64,000 bases of DNA. It comes from Planctomycetota bacterium (lineage in GTDB: Bacteria > Planctomycetota > UBA8108 > SXIK01). The stretch lies in contig CBDCXR010000004.1 in assembly GCA_965223845.1 (NCBI GenBank), positions 2,464,001 through 2,528,000 on the forward strand. The letters run 5' to 3'. A program made the position numbers and the translations under genes. Below the pieces are notes generated by a model. That model saw nothing but the letters and a program-made list of their open reading frames with translations. It was not told where the DNA came from and made no database searches. Positions 1 to 9,665 of the stretch are shown here, piece after piece. Positions within the stretch are counted from its first letter, which is position 1. The number at the start of each line of letters is the position of its first letter.

Positions 1-22
1 GTCGGCTTTCGCTGCGGATCGT

Positions 23-2512
23 TCACGAGCGTTCGATCCCGCTGCTGCGCACGGTGTACGCCGGATCGGCGACGCCCGAGCGCCGAACGATCCACGGCGT
101 CCAGACGAGCGCGACGTGATGGATCGCGATGTCCGACTTTCGCGGCCGGACGTTCTTGGTCGCGATGTCGATCTCGTCCGGGTCGTACTCTTCCCGAAGC
201 TCCTCCAGCTCCTCACGCAGCTTTTCCTCGAGTGCCTCGAGTTTTTCTTCGCGAGCCTCCACATCGGCTACCGCCCGCGAGACGTCTCCGCGTTCCTTCG
301 CCGCTCGCCCGGCGCCGCGCGCGGCTGTCGTCGCGCGGCCGATATTCGTTCGACTCGCGACCTTGCGCCCGAACAACGCGCCGAGCACGGTCGCACCGAA
401 GGAGAGCGCGGTCTGATACTTCTGCTGCGAGTACTGGGCCTTCTCGCGATCGAGCCTCTCGCGCGCCTTTCGGATCCGCTCCTTCGCCGTCGCGACCTTC
501 GCAGCGTAGCGGTCGCGCAGTTTTTCGATCGCCGCGTCGCGTTCTTCCCGCAGCATCTCGCGGAGACGCGCACGGAACTGTCCCTCCGACTCGCCGGGAC
601 GCGACGAGGCCTTGGGAAAGCGCGAGCTAAAGAGCGGGACCCACTGCGATCGGTAGGCGAACTCCTTGAGCTCTTTCGTCCACGTTCGGTACTGGCGGAC
701 GTTCGTCGCCGCCGCGGGCGGAGTCTCGAAGTCCGCGGCGGAGGAGATGTCGTCGCGGAGATCGAGCGAACCTGCGATGAGATCCGCGTCATCCCAGATA
801 CCGTCCGAGTCGTCGCCCTCGATCGGGGCGATGAGAGAGAGTCGGCGCCATTCGTCGAGTCCGCGCCGAGCGTCTACGAAGTGGAGGCGGACCGCTCCGG
901 TCAGGGCGGGACGATAAAGAAGTCGCTCCTCCGCGCTCGGAGTTTCGACCGCGGGAAGAAAGAACTCTGGAACTTCCGGGGGAAGTACGGGGCGCGAGCT
1001 CGGAGTCGAGCCCGTCCGCTTCCGCGCGGGCTTCTTTCGCCGTCGACTCGCTCCGGGCGTCGAGGCTCGTGCAGCTTCGGTCAGCGCCGCGGCGCGCCTC
1101 GGGCCCATCAATCTCGTGATCTCGCCGCTTTGGAGCGGACCGCGAAGATAAGAAAGCACCCACCGCGTGTGAAACAGAACGGGTTCGTCATCGTGGACGT
1201 TGTTCATGAGGAACACGCGGCTCTCGAGGCCGGAGAGGAGCGCATCGATTTCGGAGCGATCGAACGATGCGCCCGTCGCGGCGGCGGCTCCTTCGAGTCC
1301 GTCCATGACGCGCTTCTTGTCTCGTTCCGTCTGCAGTCGTCCGAGAAACCACGTTCCCGTGTTCGCGAGCCCCTTGTAATCGAGATCGACGGGATTCTGC
1401 GTCGCGAGCAGCACACCGAGGCCGAACGCGCGCGCCTGCTTTAGGAGAGTGAGCATCGGCGTCTTCGACGGCGGGTTCGCCGTCGGCGGAAAGAAACCGA
1501 ACACTTCATCCATGTAGAGGAGCGCACGCAGCGTCGCTGTGCCGCTCTGCCGGCGCACCCACGCGAGGACCTCATCGAGGATCGCCGTGACGACAAACAT
1601 CCGCTCGGCGTCCGAGAGATGGGCGATCGAGATGATCGAGATCCGCGGGGTACCGTCCGTCGTCCAAAGGAGACGGTCGATGTCGAGGGGCTCGCCCTCC
1701 GTCCACGCGGCGAACGACGGCGACGCGACGAGATTGTTGAGCATCATCGCGAGCCCGAATCGCTCGGTTGCCGGATAGAACGTCTCGAGATCGAAGACTC
1801 CGACGCGTTCGAGAGGCGGCGACTGCACGTCGCGGATGAGGGACGGCAGGTCGACGTCGAGGCCCGCGCGCCAGCGATCGTCGAGAATGCTCGAAAGAAG
1901 AATGTGATCGCGACTCTTCACCGGATCGGCGTCGAGACCGACGAGCGCGAGCAAGCCGGAGACCGCGCTCGCAGTCCGCGCGCGAAAGGCATCGCCATTC
2001 GCGACGAGCTCCGGCGGCGGCGCGGCGAATCCCTTCAGGATTCCGAGTGGGAGGCCCGCCCCACTTCCGGGTGTGTAGATCGCAACGTCGCAGGCATCGC
2101 GGAACCGTCGAATCCGATCCTTGCTCTGTCCCCACGACTCGATCCCGCTCTTCCAACGCGCCGCAATCTTCTTGGCGCGCTCAGCGGTGGCTTCGCCCTT
2201 TCGCCGCGCCTCCGCTTCGTCGATCCAGGACTCGAAATCGGCGGGACGAAGATCCGGAAACGCGAGAGCGAGGTTCCCGAGGTCACCCTTCGGGTCGATC
2301 GCGATCGTCGGAATCCCGTCGATCGCCGCTTCCTCGAGGAGCGCGAGACAGAGTCCGGTTTTTCCGCTTCCCGTCATCCCGACGCAAACGCCGTGCGTCG
2401 TGAGATCTTTCGCGTCGTAGAGGAGGAGGTCCTCGTTCACCGCCGACGCCTCGGCATCGTAGGTCTTCCCGAGGTAGAAGGCCCCCAGACGCTCGAACTC
2501 GTTCACTCGCAC
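23..2512 (-). CDS. HerA/FtsK-like P-loop ATPase (DUF87/DUF853-like) with C-terminal coiled coil
   Basis: Walker A GMTGSGKT, IDPKGD, Walker B LLYMDE, KQARAFG and ATQNP motifs; 829 aa. Confidence 0.8.
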   Translation of the reverse strand: MRVNEFERLGAFYLGKTYDAEASAVNEDLLLYDAKDLTTHGVCVGMTGSGKTGLCLALLEEAAIDGIPTIAIDPKGDLGNLALAFPDLRPADFESWIDEAEARRKGEATAERAKKIAARWKSGIESWGQSKDRIRRFRDACDVAIYTPGSGAGLPLGILKGFAAPPPELVANGDAFRARTASAVSGLLALVGLDADPVKSRDHILLSSILDDRWRAGLDVDLPSLIRDVQSPPLERVGVFDLETFYPATERFGLAMMLNNLVASPSFAAWTEGEPLDIDRLLWTTDGTPRISIISIAHLSDAERMFVVTAILDEVLAWVRRQSGTATLRALLYMDEVFGFFPPTANPPSKTPMLTLLKQARAFGLGVLLATQNPVDLDYKGLANTGTWFLGRLQTERDKKRVMDGLEGAAAATGASFDRSEIDALLSGLESRVFLMNNVHDDEPVLFHTRWVLSYLRGPLQSGEITRLMGPRRAAALTEAARASTPGASRRRKKPARKRTGSTPSSRPVLPPEVPEFFLPAVETPSAEERLLYRPALTGAVRLHFVDARRGLDEWRRLSLIAPIEGDDSDGIWDDADLIAGSLDLRDDISSAADFETPPAAATNVRQYRTWTKELKEFAYRSQWVPLFSSRFPKASSRPGESEGQFRARLREMLREERDAAIEKLRDRYAAKVATAKERIRKARERLDREKAQYSQQKYQTALSFGATVLGALFGRKVASRTNIGRATTAARGAGRAAKERGDVSRAVADVEAREEKLEALEEKLREELEELREEYDPDEIDIATKNVRPRKSDIAIHHVALVWTPWIVRRSGVADPAYTVRSSGIERS

Positions 2513-2554
2513 CCTCGCAGGATCATGCGCGACGGACTAACGGGCCGGGCCGAC

Positions 2555-3313
2555 TCACCCGCGCGGCTTCGTCGCGTGGAATCGAAGACGGACGTAGTCG
2601 GCGAACCAGTCACCGTTCGCATCGCGCAGTCGAGAGTCGAGCGATGCGACCACCTCCGCGATTAGGCCGTCTCGCTCAGAGGGTGGCAAGGCGGAAATGT
2701 ACGGTGAGGCGAAGGTCTCGAGCCAACCGCCGACGTCTCCCGGGAGAGTCGTCGGACGCCGAAAGAGGTCGATCGTCTCGACGGTGAAGCCGCGCGCAGA
2801 GAGAAGTCGCGCGTACTCGTCCGGGTGGGGAAAGTACCACGGGCACTCGGTCGCCACTCCGCGCGTTGCGAGCGCGGCCTCGACCGCGGCGACGATCGCA
2901 GACACGTTCCCTTCGCCGCCGAACTCACCGACGAATCGCCCTCCGCGCCGAAGCGCGCGCCAGACGCGATCGATGACGCGCTCGGGCTCTTTCATCCAGT
3001 GGAGCGCGGCGTTCGAAAACACGGCGTCGAATTCACTCTCGAATTCGAGCGCGTCGCCGCTTCGTCTCTCGACGTCGAGTCCACGCGCGCGAGCGGCCTC
3101 GACCATCTCGGCGCTCGCGTCGACACCGGCGACATCGCAACCGAGCTCAGCGATCTTCGCGGTCAACACTCCGTCGCCGCACCCGAGATCGAGAACGCGC
3201 TCCCCCGGCTGCGGCGCGAGAAGCTCGACGACCGGCCAACCGAGATCGGAGACGAATCGCGCGTTTCTCTCGTAGCGGCTGGCGTCCCAGCCCTGAACGT
3301 TTTCGTCGGCCAT
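2555..3313 (-). CDS. Class I SAM-dependent methyltransferase (Tam-like)
   Basis: VLDLGCGDG motif I, FDAVFSNAALHW, C-terminal ADYVRLRF. Confidence 0.85.
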   Translation of the reverse strand: MADENVQGWDASRYERNARFVSDLGWPVVELLAPQPGERVLDLGCGDGVLTAKIAELGCDVAGVDASAEMVEAARARGLDVERRSGDALEFESEFDAVFSNAALHWMKEPERVIDRVWRALRRGGRFVGEFGGEGNVSAIVAAVEAALATRGVATECPWYFPHPDEYARLLSARGFTVETIDLFRRPTTLPGDVGGWLETFASPYISALPPSERDGLIAEVVASLDSRLRDANGDWFADYVRLRFHATKPRG

Positions 3314-3387
3314 GGGACGAGATCCGATCGGGCGGTCGCGCCCGCGACAACAAAAGAGCCCTCCGCCAGTTCAGCGAAGGGCTCGGA

Positions 3388-3465
3388 TGGTCGGGGTGAG
3401 AGGATTTGAACCTCCGACCTCTACGTCCCGAACGTAGCGCTCTAGCCAAGCTGAGCTACACCCCG
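3388..3465 (-). tRNA. tRNA-Pro(CGG)
   Basis: Reverse complement CGGGGTGTAGCTCAGCTTGGCTAGAGCGCTACGTTCGGGACGTAGAGGTCGGAGGTTCAAATCCTCTCACCCCGACCA folds as a cloverleaf with anticodon CGG and encoded CCA. Confidence 0.97.
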
Positions 3466-3579
3466 AGAGGGCTTCCGCCGTGGCGGGCGGCGAGAGGCGA
3501 TCGGCCAATGGTACTCCCCGGAGTCGCGGAGTCAAGGCGGCGTCCGGAATCCGGCGACGGCGCGTAAACTCCGCCGTAC

Positions 3580-4659
3580 TCAGCGCTTCGGCGGCGCCGG
3601 AGAAGAGCGGGGTGGCGGTCGATTTCCCGCGCCGCGCCCGCGGTTTCGCTCCCGCATGAACGTCTCGGCGCAGCGATCGCCGCAGAAATAGAGAACGTTT
3701 CCACCGATCGCGAAGCGCACGGCCGAGTCGGGACTGTCGACGGTCTTCTTACAGCGCTGACAGGCGACGGGTCCGTCCCCTTCCTTCAGTTCTTCGGCGT
3801 TCGGCGGCAGCTCGAAAAACGCGGACGGGACTTCGCGCGTGACGAGACTCTTCACCTCGGCTTCGAGATCGTAGCGTGGGAGCGCCGTTACGACCGTGAT
3901 CTTCGCCTTGAGTGGCACGCCTTTCGCGCCTTCGATCTTCTCGAGCACTTCGTCCGAGAAGACGCCGAGCCGCCGGAAGAGATGGTAGTAGTTCTTCGCG
4001 CCGGGGATGTCCTCGGCGATCTGCGCGTCGATCACCGTGAGACAATTCTCTTTGACGACCAGGCGCTTACACACGCGGTTCAGAATCGTTTCTCCCGGGC
4101 TCGTCTCGACGGTGACGATTCGCTTTCGGTCGGGACGGAGATGGCAGTTGTCGGCGAACCACCGGTCGCGTTCGCGCCTCGTCATGCGCCGCGCGCGCTT
4201 GATCTCGTTCATCTCCGCGATCCGGCGCTCCTTCTGGAGCTCGTTCAGATCTTCGGTGTGCTCGGTGTAGAACCGGCCGTCGGCCGAGATGCGATAGACG
4301 CGCGGGGCGTTCCCATCCATCCGCAGGAGAATATGCTGCTTGAGGCGCGTCTTGCCGTTCCCCGCGGCTTCGAAATCCGCCATGTAGAGCTTCTCGCCCT
4401 TGAGATCGACGATCATGACCTGACGCGTCTCGCTCACGCGGCGCTCCGCACCCCGCCCGCTCGGCTCCCGGCGGATCTGCTCGATGACGAGCGCGGGCAC
4501 TTTCGGAAGCTCCTCGACCGCGTCGCGACCGGGCGGACGGAGAAGCCCGCCGGTCTGCGCGTGGGCGGCGGCCGTCACGGCGAGTGCGACCGCGATGAAC
4601 GCGAGTCGGGCGATCGCGCATCTCCCGCCGCGCGTAGTTCGGATCGTTCGCTCGATCAT
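3580..4659 (-). CDS. Secreted DUF4412-like protein with C-terminal YHS/TRASH-like Cys motif
   Basis: Signal peptide ending AAAHA-Q; GETILNRVCK and FFELP motifs typical of DUF4412-type proteins; C-terminal CQRC...YFCGDRC; start re-assigned to MIERT. Confidence 0.55.
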   Translation of the reverse strand: MIERTIRTTRGGRCAIARLAFIAVALAVTAAAHAQTGGLLRPPGRDAVEELPKVPALVIEQIRREPSGRGAERRVSETRQVMIVDLKGEKLYMADFEAAGNGKTRLKQHILLRMDGNAPRVYRISADGRFYTEHTEDLNELQKERRIAEMNEIKRARRMTRRERDRWFADNCHLRPDRKRIVTVETSPGETILNRVCKRLVVKENCLTVIDAQIAEDIPGAKNYYHLFRRLGVFSDEVLEKIEGAKGVPLKAKITVVTALPRYDLEAEVKSLVTREVPSAFFELPPNAEELKEGDGPVACQRCKKTVDSPDSAVRFAIGGNVLYFCGDRCAETFMRERNRGRGAGNRPPPRSSPAPPKR

Positions 4660-5165
4660 TTCCCGTACAACCTCTTCACTCGGTGCGAATTCCGCGGGTC
4701 CCGGGTCGAACCCACGTCGGAACCGTTCGACGCCGAGGAGCCGCTCGCCATTCACCGGGGGCGGAGAAGGCGGCTCCTGGGATCCCGTCCTCGGGGATCC
4801 TAACTCCGCGTGGCGTATGGCTCAACCAGCGAGCTCGGGCGAGCCGCGACCGGACGCGTTCCCCCTCGACGCTACGCAACTCGGCCGCCAGGGCCCGGCG
4901 ATACGGGGCTGGCGCGATCCTTGCGCTGCCCGAATAGCCCGAATAGAATCGATCCCGGCTCCACGGTTGGGGCCAGATTTGGGTCTTTCACCGCGTCTTG
5001 CATCACCACGATTCGACTCCATTCTGCAGCCTGGGGCGGAGAGGCCGCGATGAGCGGCTGAGGCAGGCGGCAGAAGGATGGGAGATCTTGCGGCCTCGTC
5101 TAGCGCGATGTCGCCGGTGCACCGCGGACAACGAGCGCTCTCCACGAGCGCGAGGGGAGAAACCG

Positions 5166-6350
5166 ATGGCTTCACTTGCCCGCAGCTCTGTCGCCCGTGC
5201 GTGCGCTCTTCTGTTCGGTTTGGCCGGGGTGGTTCTTCCGCAAGGCGTGGAAGCTCAGGATTCCGCCGATTGCGAGTTCGTGCGGGGGAATCTCGTCAAC
5301 CTCGAGGGGGACGAAGCCGACGTCGTGGTCGATCTCAACGACGCCGTCGATCTCGTCGCCTACCTCCTGATCTCGCGGAGCGTGCCGGTCTCGGGCTGCA
5401 AGGCAGCGGCCGACGTGAACGACGACGGTCTTCTCACGATGGCGGACTACACGTATCTCGTCGAGCACCTCTTCAATGACGGCCCGCCGCCGCCCGCGCC
5501 CTACCCGGAGCCGGGCGTCGACCCGACGGACGAGATCACGATCTCCGACGAGCGCGACGAGCGCTTCAGTCTCGCGATCGGAACGACCGCGGGGGCCGCA
5601 GGGAACACCGGCCTCTCCCTTCCGATTACGATCTCGAACTCCGTGCCGATTACGGGCCTCCAGATCGCGCTCACGTACGATCCGGCGCAGATTCGAATCG
5701 ACGAGATTCAGACGGAGGAAGAGACGCTTCTCTCTTCGGTGAGCGCCGAGTACATCACCGCGGAGTTTCACAACAACGAGGGCGTCGCGTACATCGCAGT
5801 CCTCAAGGACTTCGCGACGCCGTTCTACTTTCACACCGGTGAAGACCGCTTTCTCCCGGCCGGCGACGATCAGCTCGTCGCGACGCTCAAGTGCGCGCTC
5901 GTCTTCACGGCGGTGAAGGGATTCGCACCGATTCAATTCGCCGACGGCATCGGAGTCCCGAGCGGCGAGGTGCCGGCACCGCCGCCCGAGCTCGTCCCCG
6001 AGCTGCACACGTTCGTGTTCGACGGGACAACGCCGATTCGGCCGGTTCTCGGGACGGACGGCGGCATCGAGGTGCGCGAGAGCTTCATCCGCGGCGACGC
6101 GAACTTCGATCGCGTCGTCGATATCGCCGATCCGGTCTACAAGCTCAATTACATCTTCGGTGCCGGCCCCGCCCCGATCTGTCTCGACGCGGCAGACGCA
6201 AACAACGACACGGGAATCGACATCTCGGATCCGATCTGGCTGCTCAATTACCTCTTTAAGGGAGGGCCGCAGCCGCCCGAGCCGTTCCCGCAGCCCGGAG
6301 TCGATCCGTCGGACGACGGGAGCGGCAGCCTCGGCTGCGATATCGAGTAG
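5166..6350 (+). CDS. Secreted protein with dockerin-like / cohesin-like / dockerin-like architecture
   Basis: Signal peptide; FVRGN..DLNDAV..AADVNDDG and FIRGDANFD..DAADANND dockerin-type EF-hand repeats flank a beta-rich segment LPITISNSVPITGLQIALTYDP resembling cohesin. Confidence 0.7.
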   Translation: MASLARSSVARACALLFGLAGVVLPQGVEAQDSADCEFVRGNLVNLEGDEADVVVDLNDAVDLVAYLLISRSVPVSGCKAAADVNDDGLLTMADYTYLVEHLFNDGPPPPAPYPEPGVDPTDEITISDERDERFSLAIGTTAGAAGNTGLSLPITISNSVPITGLQIALTYDPAQIRIDEIQTEEETLLSSVSAEYITAEFHNNEGVAYIAVLKDFATPFYFHTGEDRFLPAGDDQLVATLKCALVFTAVKGFAPIQFADGIGVPSGEVPAPPPELVPELHTFVFDGTTPIRPVLGTDGGIEVRESFIRGDANFDRVVDIADPVYKLNYIFGAGPAPICLDAADANNDTGIDISDPIWLLNYLFKGGPQPPEPFPQPGVDPSDDGSGSLGCDIE

Positions 6351-6488
6351 CGAAGCTCTTCGCCGGGACTCGGTCCCGGCGGTTCGCCGAACCGCACGCC
6401 GCCCCCGCGTGGGCCGTGGCCGACGTGCCATGGATCCGCACGCGGAATCGGTCGCGGCCTCTCGTCCACCGTTTGGCCGCGCCGCGCT

Positions 6489-6902
6489 TCAGTCGGCGGT
6501 GATCGGATCGAGCTCGAAGGTGTAACCGGCGGTTCCCAGAATCCGCTGGACGCCGAGATTGAACCCGATGTTGCCGAGCGAGCGGCTCTCGGTGAGCTCG
6601 CCGTTCTCGACGACGAAGGCGTACGCACCGCCCCACGACGTGACGAAGCCCCGGCGTTCACGCTTCGCGTCGAGGATGAAGCGCGTACCGTCCGGATCGT
6701 CCTCGGTCGATCGTTTCTCGACAAATCCGACGTGCACGCGGTCCTTCTGCGTGCCGTCGACGACGACGTGGTAGAGGCGTTGGTACTCGGTGAAGAACAG
6801 CGGCTCTGCGCGGCCGGTCCGCGGCGACGGATCCTCACTCCACGCGCAACCGCCCGCGACCGACAACAAACCCACGAGTAGAAGACACCTCAATTCGCCC
6901 AT
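6489..6902 (-). CDS. Putative lipoprotein
   Basis: MGELRCLLLVGLLSVAGGC lipobox-like N-terminus; start re-assigned to 6902. Confidence 0.6.
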   Translation of the reverse strand: MGELRCLLLVGLLSVAGGCAWSEDPSPRTGRAEPLFFTEYQRLYHVVVDGTQKDRVHVGFVEKRSTEDDPDGTRFILDAKRERRGFVTSWGGAYAFVVENGELTESRSLGNIGFNLGVQRILGTAGYTFELDPITAD

Positions 6903-7341
6903 TGCGTGATCCTGATCGTTTTCGATTGGTCGTTGGAAGCTAAGATCCCGTCCAAGAAAGCAGGATTCGGCCGCGGAGCGGTTCTCGGACAGATTCCCGC
7001 GCTCGCGCGAAGGCGGGACGGCGCGGACGATCGAAGGGAGGACCCGAGTCGAGGCGCGAGAGCCGCACTCGCCTCTCGTACAGACTATCAGATGGCGGAT
7101 CGGAGAGCACTCCTCCCCTCGGGAACGGCGCATCTCCCAAACATGCCGCGAAGGCGAAGCGCCCCAGGTGGAGACGGCGAACCGCCGACGAGCCGGTAAG
7201 ACACCCCGGCTCAGCTTCGCGGATTCGACCTTCCCGGCACCGCGGTGAAGAACGCGCGATGTCCCTACCGATAAGGGGACTGACGCGGTGGTCTCTCTCG
7301 CCGGCGCGTCGCGTTTCCTCCCTCCCCCAGACGACGGCGAC

Positions 7342-8340
7342 ATGAGTTCGCACCGACGAGTCCGCCTCTCCATTCGCTCGATCGCTAGCGCGCCCGTTCG
7401 ACGCTGGTATGCGTTCGCTCCGGCGCTCGCGTTCGCTGGCGCCCTCGCGCTTTGGGCCCATCAGCTGGTGACGCAGCGCGCGCTGCCCCAGAGCCTCCCG
7501 GCGATCGCGGCGATCACCGCGTTTGCCGTGGTCGTCGGTGGCATCGTGAGCGTCGCGTGCGAATGGCCGAATCGCCTGCTCGTGTCTGCGGACGACTTCG
7601 AGCGAACTCTCGGCTGGGCGGTCGTCGGGGAACGGATCGATCGCGACGGCCACCGTCGGAGTGACGCCGATGCGATCGCTGCGTTCATCGACAACAACGC
7701 GGAACGCTACGAGATCCGCTCGTTCGCAGTGCTCGGCTGGGAAGGCGTCGACGTCGACTGGGTCTCGCGCGCAGGTCGGCAGCTCGCGGGTGAGAACCGA
7801 ACCGTGATCTTCGTCGACGCGAGCGGCGATCTCCAGCTCGGCGACCTCGCGGCACAAGAATCCCACACGAGCGAGGGACTCGTGCGCACGGCGGCGCGAA
7901 TGTTTCCTCGCGGCGAGCCCGACGAAGATCTGATCGCGGAGGCGCGCGAAATCCTCGCCGAACAACTCGTTGCGACGAGGGTCGACGGGATCCGGTGGCT
8001 CCCGCGCGGTGCGGGCACCGATTCCGTCTCCCCGGTCGCCGCGGACCGAATCGTCCGCGAGCTCAAGCGGCTCGCCGAGATCGTCCTCGTCGTTCTTCCG
8101 TCGTACCCGCGCGCATCGGTCGACGCGAGCATCGCCGCCGCCGGCGATGCCGTGCTCCTCGCGCTTCCCACGAATCGAGTTCGCGAGCTCGAGGTCTGGA
8201 CGCTCGAGGCTCGACTCCGATCGCTCGGCGCGAACGTCGCCGGAATCGTTCTCGACCACTCCCGCGAAGCACGCCCCCGCGTCTCCGCGCGCCGAACCGA
8301 AGCGCGCGAAGCCGCCGTCCACGGAGCTTTTCACGCATGA
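7342..8340 (+). CDS. Two-TM protein with degenerate Wzc/CpsD (BY-kinase/MinD-like) cytoplasmic domain
   Basis: Two hydrophobic segments, DDFERTLGWAVVG, RTVIFVDA, DAVLLAL and LRSLGANVAGIVL resemble CpsD/CapB; no intact Walker A. Confidence 0.5.
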   Translation: MSSHRRVRLSIRSIASAPVRRWYAFAPALAFAGALALWAHQLVTQRALPQSLPAIAAITAFAVVVGGIVSVACEWPNRLLVSADDFERTLGWAVVGERIDRDGHRRSDADAIAAFIDNNAERYEIRSFAVLGWEGVDVDWVSRAGRQLAGENRTVIFVDASGDLQLGDLAAQESHTSEGLVRTAARMFPRGEPDEDLIAEAREILAEQLVATRVDGIRWLPRGAGTDSVSPVAADRIVRELKRLAEIVLVVLPSYPRASVDASIAAAGDAVLLALPTNRVRELEVWTLEARLRSLGANVAGIVLDHSREARPRVSARRTEAREAAVHGAFHA

Positions 8341-9665
8341 ACGAACCGACTCCCGTCCTTACCTGGATCCCGGGCCGAACGGCCGAGTCGACGCGAGCAC
8401 CCCGCGTCGCTGCGCGCCCCTTTCCGCTGCGCTCGGAGCAGCCGACGGCCGCGCTCATCGAATCGGTGGCGCGGCGCGGACTCTTCGCCCCGCTCCTCGT
8501 GCGCCCACGCGGGGACGAATTGGAGATCGTGTGCGGATGGAAACGCTACCGTGCGGCCCTCGCGGCGGGCGTCGAGTGGATTCCCGCGCTCGTTCGAGCG
8601 ATGGACGACCTGGAGGCGGCGCGCTGCTACTTCGAAAGCAAGCTCACGCGGCGACCCATCGGCGTGGCCGCCCAAGAGGAGGCAGTGCGCGTGCTCCGGG
8701 AGGCGCGTGCGACCGGGGAATCGAATCGCCGTGCGGCCGCGGAATCGAGTGCTCACGAGTCGGGGCCCTCTCGAGGAGTCTCTCTCGCGGGAGACATCGA
8801 GGTCGACCGCGCGTTTGCGCAGTTCGCCGGGCGTGGATCGGGCCCGGCGTCCGGCCTCGCCGAAACCGGCTCTTCGCCGGCGCTCACCGAACAACGGCGG
8901 CGAGCTCAGAATCTTCTTCGGCGGACGGAGTCCCTCTTCGAAGAGGCGCTTCGCCGGAGAGCCCTCACTCCGGCTCGCGTCGAGAGCATCGTCGACGCTC
9001 TCATCGAGATGCTCGACGAGACTCCGAGCGCGACACCGGGTCTCATCCTCTCGGCGCGAGAAGGGAGTGACCCCACCGCTCTCCACTGCCTCCTCGTCGC
9101 GAGTCTCTGCTCCCTCTTCGGAAGGCGTCGCTACGCCGCGACGGACGAGAGGCTGCGCGATCTCATTCTGGGCGGGCTTCTCCACGACGTCGGGATGGTC
9201 TTCGTCCGGCGGGCGGCAATCGTCGACGATCCCGGCTCCGGCGATCCCGATCGTCAGTTCCTCAAAAGCCACACGCGCATCGGCCACGCTATCGTGTCCG
9301 CGACCCGAGCGTGGAACGACTCGGTTGCCGCGTGCGCGCGAGACCATCACGAGCGCGTCGATGGATCCGGCTATCCCGACGCCCTCCGCGCGGTCGAGAT
9401 CAGCGACGAGGCCCAGATCGTCGGCTTGATCGACAGCTACGCGACACTGATTAGTCCGCGGGCCCATCGCGCGCCGCTCTCGCGGCTGGAGGCGCTCGCT
9501 CGCCTCGAAGCTGCCGCGCGGGACGGGCGGTTCAGCCCGCGGTACGTCCAGGCGCTGAAGGCAGTTGCGGAGCCTGAAGGCCACACCGAGACCCCACCTC
9601 ATCCCGAAAATCTTCCGGAAAAACGGCTTGAGGAACCCGAAGATCTCGTTAAACTCCTCACTTGA
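8337..9665 (+). CDS. ParB N-terminal domain fused to an HD-GYP domain
   Basis: ATGA overlap with upstream gene; GLFAPLLVRP..EIVCGWKRYRAA (ParB box); LLHDVG, DHHERVDGSGYP (HD-GYP). Confidence 0.8.
   Translation: MNEPTPVLTWIPGRTAESTRAPRVAARPFPLRSEQPTAALIESVARRGLFAPLLVRPRGDELEIVCGWKRYRAALAAGVEWIPALVRAMDDLEAARCYFESKLTRRPIGVAAQEEAVRVLREARATGESNRRAAAESSAHESGPSRGVSLAGDIEVDRAFAQFAGRGSGPASGLAETGSSPALTEQRRRAQNLLRRTESLFEEALRRRALTPARVESIVDALIEMLDETPSATPGLILSAREGSDPTALHCLLVASLCSLFGRRRYAATDERLRDLILGGLLHDVGMVFVRRAAIVDDPGSGDPDRQFLKSHTRIGHAIVSATRAWNDSVAACARDHHERVDGSGYPDALRAVEISDEAQIVGLIDSYATLISPRAHRAPLSRLEALARLEAAARDGRFSPRYVQALKAVAEPEGHTETPPHPENLPEKRLEEPEDLVKLLT

Noticed and set aside
116-1444. Many long antisense or alternative-frame ORFs (e.g. 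116-1444, 31999-33792, 39569-41350, 54892-56580, 62482-63744)
   Set aside because: Shadow ORFs of high-GC genes with Arg/Ser/Pro-rich nonsense composition, overlapping well-supported CDSs
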